64,000 nucleotides of DNA from Candidatus Eiseniibacteriota bacterium (GTDB taxonomy: Bacteria > Eisenbacteria > RBG-16-71-46 > SZUA-252), in the NCBI GenBank assembly GCA_963703225.1, contig OY969801.1, positions 1,312,001 to 1,376,000 on the forward strand, in the 5' to 3' direction. The notes under the pieces are model-generated. The model made no database searches and had not been told where the DNA came from. It was given only the letters and a program-made list of their open reading frames with translations. This document shows, in pieces, positions 28,395 to 38,047 of this stretch (position 1 is the first letter of the stretch; every line of letters starts with the position of its first letter). The position numbers were made by a program, and so were the translations under genes.

Positions 28395-30422
28395 GTGGCG
28401 GGTGAAAACGGGAAGCGGAAGAAGCTCGGCGAGTACCTGCTCGACGCGGGGCTGGTCACGGAGCAGCAGCTCAAGGAGGCGCTCCGGCGTCAGCGCCAGA
28501 CGCACGAGCCTCTCGGCCACATCCTGGCACGGACCGGGATGGTCACCGAGGCGGACATCTGCCAGGTGCTCCACGATCAGCTGGGCCTTCCGATCGTCGA
28601 TCTCTCGGCCGTCGCGATCGAAGAGAGTGTGATCCATCTCATCAAGGAAGAGCTCGCCAAGAAGTACACCGCCATCCCGATCGAAGTCGAAAGCCGGAAC
28701 ACGCTCCGCGTCGCGATGGCCGATCCGCTGAACGCCGCGGCCCTCGAAGATCTCCGGTTCCAGAGCGGCCATTTCGTCCGGGCGGTCCTGGCGCCGCCCA
28801 GCGAGATCGTGGAAGCGATCTCGAGGTACTACCACATCGACGCGTCGGTGGTGGAGATCCTCGAGAACATCATCAAGAACGATCCCGTCGCCGACGTGCG
28901 GGAGATCGTCGACAAAGACCCAGACGAGTCGGTCGACGAGCTGGTCAAGAGCAGCTCGGGGCCGCCGATCGTCCGCCTCGCGAACTGGCTCATCACCCGC
29001 GCGGTGGAGATGAGGTCGAGCGACATTCACATCGAGCCCCAGGAGAAGGGGGTGGGTGTGCGGATCCGCGTCGACGGGCTCCTGCAAGACATGGAGCGCC
29101 TTCCGAAGTGGACCCAGGGCGCCCTGATCTCGCGAATCAAGATCCTGTCGACGCTCGATATCGCCGAGAAGCGGCTTCCACAAGATGGACGTTTCCGGGT
29201 GGAGATCGAGGGCCGACGGATCGATTTCCGCGTTTCCACGCTCCCCACCGATCACGGCGAGAAGATCGTGATCCGCATCGTGGACCAGGAGCGCACCGCG
29301 CTCCGGCTGGATACGCTGGGCTTGAGCGAGCCCGACCTCGCCAAGATTCGCCAATACGGACTTCGTCCCCAGGGCATCCTGATCGTCACCGGGCCCACCG
29401 GGAGCGGCAAGACGACCATGCTCTACTCGCTGCTCCAGCACGTCCACTCGGTGACCAAGAACATCGTGACCGTGGAGGACCCGATCGAATATCAGATCTC
29501 CGGAATCAACCAGGTCCAGGTGGACGAGAAGAGCAAGAAGACGTTCGCGGCGATTCTGCGCGCCATGCTCCGGCAGGATCCGGACGTCATGATGATCGGA
29601 GAAATCCGCGATTTCGAGACGGCCCAGATCGCGTTTCGCGCGTCGATCACCGGCCACCTCGTTCTCTCGACGGTCCACACGAACGACGCGCCATCCGCCG
29701 TGACCCGCCTCGTCGACCTGGGCCTCCAGCCCTACATGGTCGCCTCGAGCTTGACCGGCGTGGTCTCGATGCGCCTGGTTCGGACGCTCTGTCCCAAGTG
29801 CAAGGATCCCTATCATCCCTCCGGAGACGAGCTCCGACTTCTCGGACTCGCCGGCCGCGAAGCCGGGAAGGTGACCCTCCACCGGCCGGTGGGATGCGAG
29901 TACTGCAACGAGACCGGATTCCGCGGGCGGATCGGCGTCTTCGAGATCCTCGACGTGACCGATCCCATCCGCCGGCTCATCGCGAGCAGCGCGCCGGAGT
30001 CGATGGTCCGCTCCGCGGCGCTCGAATCGGGGATGGTGCCGATCGGTCAGGACGGAATGGGAAAGGTGCTCGCCGGGGAGACCAGCCTGGAGGAGCTGCA
30101 GAGGGTGGTCTACTGCGAGGAGGAGCTGGCCCGGCTTTGCCCCTCCTGCCACGAAACGGTCTCCTCCGAGTTTCTCTACTGCCCGCATTGCGGGAATGCC
30201 GCGACCCATGTCTGTCCGCAGTGTCAGCGGCGCGTCGATCCGGGCTGGTCGTTCTGCCCCGGCTGCGGCGAGCGTCGCCGCGAATTGACGGCGGTCGGCG
30301 CGGCCCTTTCCGAGCCGATCATCGGGTTGCCCGAGACGGTAGCGCCTCCTTTGGCTTCACACCGCCCCGCTCCCGCGCCTCGCGTGGTCGGCGACACGCG
30401 CGGCGGGCGTCGCGGCGCTTGA
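28395..30422 (+). CDS. PilB/GspE-family ATPase with N-terminal MshEN and C-terminal double zinc ribbon
   Basis: KLGEYLLDAGLVT...LGHILARTGMV, SDIHIEP, Walker A GPTGSGKTT, LRQDPDVMMIGEIRD, TGHLVLSTVH, tail CPSC/CPHC/CPQC/CPGC. Confidence 0.92.
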   Translation: MAGENGKRKKLGEYLLDAGLVTEQQLKEALRRQRQTHEPLGHILARTGMVTEADICQVLHDQLGLPIVDLSAVAIEESVIHLIKEELAKKYTAIPIEVESRNTLRVAMADPLNAAALEDLRFQSGHFVRAVLAPPSEIVEAISRYYHIDASVVEILENIIKNDPVADVREIVDKDPDESVDELVKSSSGPPIVRLANWLITRAVEMRSSDIHIEPQEKGVGVRIRVDGLLQDMERLPKWTQGALISRIKILSTLDIAEKRLPQDGRFRVEIEGRRIDFRVSTLPTDHGEKIVIRIVDQERTALRLDTLGLSEPDLAKIRQYGLRPQGILIVTGPTGSGKTTMLYSLLQHVHSVTKNIVTVEDPIEYQISGINQVQVDEKSKKTFAAILRAMLRQDPDVMMIGEIRDFETAQIAFRASITGHLVLSTVHTNDAPSAVTRLVDLGLQPYMVASSLTGVVSMRLVRTLCPKCKDPYHPSGDELRLLGLAGREAGKVTLHRPVGCEYCNETGFRGRIGVFEILDVTDPIRRLIASSAPESMVRSAALESGMVPIGQDGMGKVLAGETSLEELQRVVYCEEELARLCPSCHETVSSEFLYCPHCGNAATHVCPQCQRRVDPGWSFCPGCGERRRELTAVGAALSEPIIGLPETVAPPLASHRPAPAPRVVGDTRGGRRGA

Positions 30423-30447
30423 CCCACCCAAGCCCGCTCCCTAGAAT
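30419..30447 (+). promoter_or_regulatory. sigma70-type promoter for lysS
   Basis: TTGACC-N17-TAGAAT. Confidence 0.65.
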
Positions 30448-30521
30448 CGCCCAACCCACGGCCTGAACCGGCATTCCGCCGGGCGATGCCGCGCCGTCCC
30501 ACCTCTCACCTTCGGGGAATC

Positions 30522-32006
30522 GTGTCCGTACAGGAATCCCGCCGCGAGAAGCTCGAGGCGTTGAGCCGGCGCGGCATCCAGCCGTTCGCCTACCGATTCG
30601 ACGTCACCCACCGCTCGGGACGCGTCCTGGCCTCGGCCGGGCCGCTGGAGGCTTCCGGCGAGCTGGTTCGCGTGGCGGGAAGGCTCATGACCAAGCGAGG
30701 GCACGGAAAGGCCGCGTTCGCCCACATCAAGGACGCCGATGGGCTTCTCCAAGTCTATCTTCGGGAGGACGTGCTGGGCGAGGCGCCGTACGCCGACGCC
30801 ATGTCGCTCGATCTGGGTGATTGGATCGGGGTCGAAGGGCCGGTGTTCAAGACCAAGACCGCCGAGACGACGGTCCGCGCGAACCGGGTCGAGCTCCTCG
30901 CCAAATCGCTGTTCCCGCTTCCCGAGAAATGGCACGGCCTCACCCACGTCGAGACGCGCTACCGCCAGCGCTACGCCGACCTGGCGGTGAACGACGAGGT
31001 CCGCGAGGTCTTTCGGGTGCGCGCCGCGACGCTACGGGCCCTGCGGGAGTTCCTCGACGCGCGCGGTTTCCTGGAGGTGGAGACCCCGGTCCTCCAGCCG
31101 CTCTACGGCGGCGCCGCCGCGCGGCCGTTCGTCACCCACCACAACGCCCTCGACATGAAGCTCTACCTTCGAATCGCGGTGGAGCTCTACCTGAAGCGGC
31201 TCATCGTCGGCGGCCTCGACCGCGTCTACGAGATCGCGAAGACGTTCCGCAACGAGGGGATCGATCGGTTCCACAACCCGGAATTCACGATGCTCGAGTT
31301 TTACCAGGCCTACGCGGATTACGAGGACATGATGGAGGTGACGCAGGACCTCATTCTCCACGTGGTTCGCAGTGCGCGCGGCGGGCTCAAGATCCCGTTC
31401 GACGGGCGCGAAATCGATTTCTCGCCGCCATGGCCCAGGCTCAAGTTCGCGGAGGCCGCGGCGCGGGGCCTGGGGGTGACGCGGCTCCCCTCCGGCGAAT
31501 CGGAGCTCCGGAAGCTGGCGATCGGCGCGGGTGTTCCCGTCGATCCCGCGTTTTCCTATGGGAGGATTCTCGACGAAGTGGTCTCGGCCAAGGTGCAGCC
31601 CAGCCTCGTGGCCCCCACCTTCCTGATCGATCACCCCCGCGACATCTCGCCGCTCGCCAAGACCAAGAGAGGCGACCCCAACGCGGTGGAGCGGTTCGAG
31701 GTGGTCGTCGCGGGGACCGAGCTGGCCAACGCTTTTTCCGAGCAGAACGATCCGGACGAGCAGCGCCGCGCGTTCGAAGCCCAGCTGGAGCAGCGGCGCC
31801 GCGGCGACGATGAAGCCCAGATGCTCGATGCCGACTACCTGCACGCGCTCGAGCTGGGGCTGCCGCCAACCGGCGGCGTCGGCATCGGCGTGGATCGACT
31901 GGTAATGCTCTTGACCGACTCCCGATCGATTCGGGACGTGATCCTCTTCCCCCACATGCGGCCCGAGGAGGGCGGGGAGCCCCACGCCAATCCCCCGCCG
32001 GGGTAA
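30522..32006 (+). CDS. lysS: Lysine--tRNA ligase (class II)
   Basis: RYRQRY, GGAAARPF, FRNEG, HNPEFTMLE, GIGVDRLVM, IRDVILFP. Confidence 0.97.
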   Translation: MSVQESRREKLEALSRRGIQPFAYRFDVTHRSGRVLASAGPLEASGELVRVAGRLMTKRGHGKAAFAHIKDADGLLQVYLREDVLGEAPYADAMSLDLGDWIGVEGPVFKTKTAETTVRANRVELLAKSLFPLPEKWHGLTHVETRYRQRYADLAVNDEVREVFRVRAATLRALREFLDARGFLEVETPVLQPLYGGAAARPFVTHHNALDMKLYLRIAVELYLKRLIVGGLDRVYEIAKTFRNEGIDRFHNPEFTMLEFYQAYADYEDMMEVTQDLILHVVRSARGGLKIPFDGREIDFSPPWPRLKFAEAAARGLGVTRLPSGESELRKLAIGAGVPVDPAFSYGRILDEVVSAKVQPSLVAPTFLIDHPRDISPLAKTKRGDPNAVERFEVVVAGTELANAFSEQNDPDEQRRAFEAQLEQRRRGDDEAQMLDADYLHALELGLPPTGGVGIGVDRLVMLLTDSRSIRDVILFPHMRPEEGGEPHANPPPG

Positions 32007-32016
32007 CCCAGGGCGT

Positions 32017-33240
32017 ATGGGCTACGTACGGATCATCGCGTCGCGCTACCTCCGCTCGAAGCGACGCATCAATTTCATCACGCTCGTCAGCATCCTCGCC
32101 ATCGGAGGCGTTTTCGTCGGGGTCGCGGCGTTGACCATCGTGCTCTCCGTCATGAACGGCTTCGAGGACCAGGTCCAGCAGCGGATCGCGGGAACGAACG
32201 CCCACGTGGCGGTCCTGGACGGGGGTGATCGCCCGCTCAAGCCCGATCCGGCCCTCGACCGGACGATCCGGGAAGCGGTGCCGGGGGCAGAGGTCGCGCC
32301 CTTCGTGTACGGGAAGGTGATGGTGGCTTCGCGTCACGGGGTCGACGGGATGGTCCTGAAGGGGGTCGATCCGGCGCGGGAGCGGTGGGTCACCGATATT
32401 CTCTCGAGGTTGACCCCGGCCGACGCGCCGTTCGATGGCGGCGATCTCCCCGGGATCGCGTTGGGGCAGGAGCTTGCCCTGAGGCTCCGGGTCGCGCGCG
32501 GGGACATCATCCTGATCAGCATCCCGTCGGAGGAACCGGGCGGCTTTCTGGGCGGCGTCCCGCGCTCCCGCCGCCTGCGCGTGTCGTCGATCTTCCGCTC
32601 GGGTCTTTATGAGTACGATTCCTCCTTCGGGGTCGTGCCGATCCAGACCGCGCAGGAGTTTTTCGGACTCGGTGGAGAGATCACCGGCTACGAGCTTCGG
32701 CTCAAGGACATGTTCCGGGCCCAGGAGGCGTCGAGCCGGGTCGAGGCGGCGCTGGGTCCCGGCTATCGCGCCACCAACTGGATCGACCTGAACCGGAATC
32801 TCTTCGCGTGGATGCGGATCGAGAAGGCCGTCATGTTCACGATCTTGATCCTGATCGTGGTGGTGGCCGCGGTGAACATCGTGTCGAGCCTGGTGATGAT
32901 GGTGCTGGAGAAGCGGAGGGACATCGGGGTATTACGCACGTTGGGCGTGACGCCCCGGGGGATCATGAAGATCTTCGTGCTCCAAGGCACCCTGGTCGGG
33001 CTTCTCGGGACGATTCTCGGCCTCGTGGTCGGATTCGGCGTTTCCTACGTGCTCGGCCGATACAAGCTTCTCCACCTGCCGGGGGAGATCTACTTCATCG
33101 ATACGCTCCCCGTGAAGATGGAATGGCCCGATTTCCTCTTTGTCGCCTCGGCGGCCACGATCACCTGCTTCCTCGCGAGCCTCTATCCCGCATGGCAGGC
33201 GGCGAGGCTTGCCCCGGTGCAGACGATCCGCTATGAATGA
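32017..33240 (+). CDS. lolC: Lipoprotein-releasing ABC permease (LolC/E family)
   Basis: RYLRS, VLSVMNGF, EKRRDIGVLRTLG, SLYPAWQAA. Confidence 0.9.
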   Translation: MGYVRIIASRYLRSKRRINFITLVSILAIGGVFVGVAALTIVLSVMNGFEDQVQQRIAGTNAHVAVLDGGDRPLKPDPALDRTIREAVPGAEVAPFVYGKVMVASRHGVDGMVLKGVDPARERWVTDILSRLTPADAPFDGGDLPGIALGQELALRLRVARGDIILISIPSEEPGGFLGGVPRSRRLRVSSIFRSGLYEYDSSFGVVPIQTAQEFFGLGGEITGYELRLKDMFRAQEASSRVEAALGPGYRATNWIDLNRNLFAWMRIEKAVMFTILILIVVVAAVNIVSSLVMMVLEKRRDIGVLRTLGVTPRGIMKIFVLQGTLVGLLGTILGLVVGFGVSYVLGRYKLLHLPGEIYFIDTLPVKMEWPDFLFVASAATITCFLASLYPAWQAARLAPVQTIRYE

Positions 33241-33934
33241 GGCGCCCGCGGGCGCGGCGCTTGAGGCGACCGGGCTCGCCAAGACTTACACCGAGGGCGT
33301 CGCCCCCGTGGAGGTTCTCCGGGGCGTCGATCTCAGCGTCTCGCCGGGGGAGATGGTCGCGATCGTGGGCGCATCAGGCTCCGGGAAATCGACGCTGCTC
33401 CATCTCCTCGGCGGGCTCGACGCCCCCACCTCGGGCTCCGTCTTGGTCGGGGGCGAAGCGATGAGCTCCCTCGACGAAGAGGGCCGCTCCCGCCTCCGCT
33501 CCCGGAGCGTCGGGTTTGTGTTTCAGTTCCACCAGCTTCTGCCCGAGTTCACGGCTCTGGAAAATGTGATGATGCCCGGATGGATCGCCGGGGGGCGCGC
33601 GGAGACCGACGCCCGGGGCCGCGCGGAGGAGCTGCTCCGCGATCTTGGCCTGATGGAGCGCGCGGAGCACAAACCTTCCGAGCTTTCGGGGGGCGAGCAG
33701 CAGCGTGTCGCCGTCGCGCGGGCCCTCCACCGACGCCCCGCGGTGCTCCTGGCCGACGAGCCGACGGGGAACCTGGATCGGGCGGCGACCGGGGTGCTTT
33801 TGGAGGTCTTGGAAAGATACAGGGTCGATCAGGGTCAAGCCATTGTCATTGCGACACATAACCCAGAAGTGGCCCGGTCTGCCGGGCGCGTCCTTGAGCT
33901 TGAGGATGGCCGGCTAAGGCCGATGAATCTGTAG
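33233..33934 (+). CDS. lolD: Lipoprotein-releasing ABC ATPase
   Basis: GASGSGKST, GFVFQFHQLL, LSGGEQQR, ADEPTGNLD. Confidence 0.92.
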   Translation: MNEAPAGAALEATGLAKTYTEGVAPVEVLRGVDLSVSPGEMVAIVGASGSGKSTLLHLLGGLDAPTSGSVLVGGEAMSSLDEEGRSRLRSRSVGFVFQFHQLLPEFTALENVMMPGWIAGGRAETDARGRAEELLRDLGLMERAEHKPSELSGGEQQRVAVARALHRRPAVLLADEPTGNLDRAATGVLLEVLERYRVDQGQAIVIATHNPEVARSAGRVLELEDGRLRPMNL

Positions 33935-33981
33935 AATGGCTGCATCTAAAGGGGCAGGACGCGGGAGGGAGCGCGAGAACG

Positions 33982-34509
33982 ATGCAATGCCAACTCTGCG
34001 GTAAACGCCCGGCGGTGGTTCACTTCACGGAGATCGTGAACAACAAGAAGTCCGAATATCACGTCTGCGAGAAGTGCGCTGAAGAGCGCGGCTATCACAC
34101 GCCTTTGGTCAAAACAAAATTCTCGGTCGGGGATCTGCTTGCGGGCATGGTCGACCAGGCCGGCGTCGGCGAAGAGGCCAAGGTCGGAAGGGTCCAGTGC
34201 CCGCGCTGCCACATGGTCTACTCGGCCTTCAAGGAAACCGGACGCCTCGGCTGCTCGGAGTGCTACACCACGTTCCGGGCACAGCTCAGGCCGCTGCTCC
34301 GCCGAATCCACGGCAGCACCAAGCACGTGGGCAAGACGCCCGTGCGCGATTCGGCGCGGGTGGCGCTCCGGCGCGAGATCCAAAGACTCCACGAGGACAT
34401 GCAGACCGCGATCGAACACGAGGAGTTCGAGGCGGCCGCGCAGCTGCGGGACCGCATCCGGACCATCGAATCGCAAGGCGGGATGAAGGCGGAGGAGGAA
34501 TCGCGGTGA
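33982..34509 (+). CDS. mcsA: Protein-arginine kinase activator (zinc finger and UVR domain)
   Basis: Four CxxC motifs, GRLGCSECY, HVGK.P and EEFEAAAQLRDRI. Confidence 0.92.
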   Translation: MQCQLCGKRPAVVHFTEIVNNKKSEYHVCEKCAEERGYHTPLVKTKFSVGDLLAGMVDQAGVGEEAKVGRVQCPRCHMVYSAFKETGRLGCSECYTTFRAQLRPLLRRIHGSTKHVGKTPVRDSARVALRREIQRLHEDMQTAIEHEEFEAAAQLRDRIRTIESQGGMKAEEESR

Positions 34510-35582
34510 AGCTGACTGCTCTGGCTCAGGGCCTGGGCCGCTGGCTCGATGGATCGGGGCCGGCGGCGGACATCGTGCTGAGCACCCGCGTCCGCCTCGC
34601 GCGAAATCTGAAGGAGGTGCCCTTCACGCACCGCGCGCGCGAGGAGCAGATGGCGATGGTCTACTCGAGCGTGGTTTCCGCGGTGCGGAAGACACCGGCC
34701 CTCGTCTCCTCGACGGCGCTCGCGATGCGGGAGCTGACGCCCCTGGACCGCCAGTTCCTGGTGGAGCGCCATCTCATCTCGCACGACCTGGCCGACAACG
34801 GGCGGCTCCGCGGCCTGCTCCTCGTTCCCGACGAGAGCGTGTCGGCGATGGTGAACGAGGAGGACCACCTGAGGCTCCAGGCGCTCGCGTCGGGATTCCA
34901 GCTCCGATCGGCGTGGGAGGCGGTCAACGCCATCGATGATGATCTGGGGCAGGACCTCGACTATGCTTTCAGCGACGATCTGGGTTATCTGACCGCGTGC
35001 CCGACGAACGCCGGCACGGGGATGCGGGCGTCGGTGCTGATCCACCTGCCGTCGCTCGTGCTGACGAAGCAGATCGGCCGGGTCCTCCAGGGCATCACCC
35101 AGGTGGGGCTCGCGGTGCGCGGCTTCTACGGCGAGGGCTCGCAGATCATGGGGAATTTCTTCCAGATCTCGAACCAGACGACGCTCGGGCAGAGCGAGCG
35201 CGAGACCGTCGAGAGCCTGGAGCGGGTGACGCGCCAGATCATCGACTACGAGCAGCGGGCTCGCGACGAGCTATTGAAGGACGCCCGGGTCCAGATCGAG
35301 GACAAGATCTGGCGCGCTTACGGAGCGCTTCGACACAGCCGGGTCATCTCGTCGCAGGAGGTCATCAACCTCTCCTCGGCGGTCCGGTTCGGCGTCGCGC
35401 TCTCGATGAGCGGGCTGGCGAGCGTCCAGACCCTGAACGAGCTCTTGATCCGCACGCAGCCGGCCCATCTCCAGCTGGCCCTGGGGCGGGAGATGGAACA
35501 GCGGGAACGAAACGTGGTCCGCGCGGAGTACGTGCGGAATCTATTGGATAAGAACGCGGCTGGCGCCGTGAATCCGAATTGA
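34506..35582 (+). CDS. mcsB: Protein arginine kinase
   Basis: [43 protein letters not shown]. Confidence 0.95.
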   Translation: MKLTALAQGLGRWLDGSGPAADIVLSTRVRLARNLKEVPFTHRAREEQMAMVYSSVVSAVRKTPALVSSTALAMRELTPLDRQFLVERHLISHDLADNGRLRGLLLVPDESVSAMVNEEDHLRLQALASGFQLRSAWEAVNAIDDDLGQDLDYAFSDDLGYLTACPTNAGTGMRASVLIHLPSLVLTKQIGRVLQGITQVGLAVRGFYGEGSQIMGNFFQISNQTTLGQSERETVESLERVTRQIIDYEQRARDELLKDARVQIEDKIWRAYGALRHSRVISSQEVINLSSAVRFGVALSMSGLASVQTLNELLIRTQPAHLQLALGREMEQRERNVVRAEYVRNLLDKNAAGAVNPN

Positions 35583-35628
35583 AGGGTGCGGGGTTGCCGT
35601 GAGGGGATCCCAACGGAGGTTTTGATCC

Positions 35629-38047
35629 ATGCACGACAAGTTCACGGAACGCGTGCGGAAGGTGATCTATCTCGCGCGCGAGGAGGCGGCCCGCCTGCAG
35701 CACGACTACATCGGCACCGAGCACCTGCTGCTCGGCGTGATCCGCGAGGGCGAGGGGATCGCCGCCACGGTTCTGAACAACCTCGGCCTCGATCTGGACG
35801 CGATCCGCCAGGCGGTGGAGAGCATGGTCGCGGCGACCGGCGGCACGCTGACGATCGGCGAGATCCCGTTCACGCCGCGAGCCAAGCGCGTGCTCGAGCT
35901 GTCGGTCGACGAGGCGCGCCAGCTCGGGCACAACTACGTCGGCACCGAGCACCTGCTCCTCGGGCTGATCCGCGAGGGTGAGGGGGTCGCCGCGCAGGTG
36001 CTGCTCGAGCTGGGCGTGGACCGCAAGAAGGTGCGCGAGGAGACGCTGAAGCTCCTGGGCGGGACCCCATCCGTGGCGCAGCCCGAACGCGAAGGCAAAG
36101 TCGAGACGCCGGCCCTGAACCAGTTCGGCCGCGACCTGACCGCAGCTCGCGCGGGAGAGCAAGCTCGATCCGATCATCGGCCGCGAGACCGAGATCGAGC
36201 GGGTGATCCAGGTGCTCTCCCGGCGCAAGAAGAACAACCCGATCCTGATCGGGGAGCCGGGCGTCGGCAAGACCGCGATCGCCGAGGGCCTCGCCGAGCG
36301 GATCGTCGAGAACAAGGTGCCGGAGACGCTCAAGGACAAGCGGATCGTCACCCTCGACCTGGCCGCGGTCGTGGCCGGGCACCAAGTACCGCGGGCAGTT
36401 CGAGGAGCGGCTGAAGACCGTGATGAACGAGATCCGCGAGTCGAAGGACACGATCATCTTCATCGACGAGCTCCACACCATCGTGGCGCGGGCGGCGCGG
36501 AAGGCGCGATCGACGCCTCCAACATGCTCAAGCCGGCGCTGGCGCGCGGCGAGCTGCAGTGCATCGGCGCGACGACGCTCGACGAGTACCGCAAGTACAT
36601 CGAGAAGGACGGCGCGCTCGAGCGGCGCTTCCAGCCGATCATGGTCGATCCGCCCACGGTGGACGAGACGATCCAGATCATCCTCGGCCTGCGCGACAAG
36701 TACGAGGCGCACCACGGCGCCAAGTACACCGACGAGGCGATCGCCACGGCGGTGAAGCTCGCCGACCGCTACATCAACGACCGCTTCCTCCCCGACAAGG
36801 CCATCGACGTCATCGACGAGGCGGGCGCGCGCGCGCGCCTGTCGATCTCGGCGATTCCGACCGAGGTGCGCGAGCTGGAGAAGCAGGTGGAGGAGGTCGC
36901 CAAGGAGAAGGAGGCGGCGATCCAGCAGCAGGAGTTCGAGAAGGCCGCCCGGATCCGGGACCGCGAGAAGGAGCTCCGCGCGAAGCTGCGGCGAGCTGAA
37001 GAAGAACTGGACCGACATCAAGCACGAGACCCAGGCGACCGTCGACGCCGACCTGATCGCACGGTCATCTCGCGGATGACGGGAATCCCGGTCGCGCGCA
37101 TCGAGGAGAAGGAATCGGAGAAGCTCCTCCGCATGGAGGAGGAGCTGCGCCAGTCGATCGTGGGCCAGGACGAGGCGGTGGCCGCGGTCTCGCGCGCCAT
37201 CCGGCGCAACCGCGCCGGGCTGCGCGATCCGCGGCGGCCGATCGGCTCGTTCATCTTCCTCGGTCCGACCGGCGTGGGCAAGACCGAGCTGGCCCGCGTC
37301 CTCGCGCGCTTCCTGTTCGACGACCCCGACGCTCTGATCCGGATCGACATGTCGGAGTACATGGAGAAGTTCTCGGTCTCGCGCCTGATCGGCGCGCCGC
37401 CGGGCTACGTCGGCTACGAGGAGGGCGGACAGCTCACCGAGAAGGTGCGGCGCAAGCCCTACTCGGTGGTCCTCCTCGACGAGATCGAGAAGGCGCACCC
37501 GGACGTCTTCAACATCCTCCTGCAGGTGCTGGACGACGGACAGCTCACCGACAGCCTGCGGCGCAGGGTCGACTTCAAGAACACCGTTCTGATCATGACC
37601 TCCAACCTGGGCGCCCGCCAGATCAAGGGCGGACGCGGGCTCGGCTTCTCGGAACGGGACGACGAGTCGACCTACGGCGGGATGAAGCGGACGATCCTGG
37701 ACGAGCTGAAGAAGACCTTCAATCCCGAGTTCCTGAACCGCATCGACGAGGCGATCGTCTTCCACGCGCTGGATCGCCAGCAGATGGCCCAGATCACCCA
37801 CATTCTCCTCGAGCAGGTGGCGGACCGGCTGAAGGCGAACGGGATTCGCGTGAAGCTGGATGACGCGGTGGTCGAGTTGCTGATCGAGAAGGGTTTCGAC
37901 GCCACCCTCGGCGCGCGGCCGCTCAAGCGGAGCATCCAGAAGCTGATCGAGGACCCCCTTTCCGAGCACGTGTTGCGCGGACAGCTGAAGGATGGGAGCG
38001 AGGTCGTCGTATCCCGCCAGGGTGACGAGTTGGCCTTTACTTCTTGA
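35629..38047 (+). CDS. clpC: ATP-dependent Clp protease ATPase ClpC (several frameshifts)
   Basis: Two Clp-N repeats (GTEHLLLG), [20 protein letters not shown] domain, GPTGVGKT. Shifts near 36143, 36380, 36485 and 36990-37060. Confidence 0.95.

Noticed and set aside
35629..38047. clpC (also asnS, msbA, kbl) as pseudogenes or programmed frameshifts
   Set aside because: Motifs are intact, shifts are numerous and partly compensating, and I saw no slippery-site pattern, so assembly error is more parsimonious.
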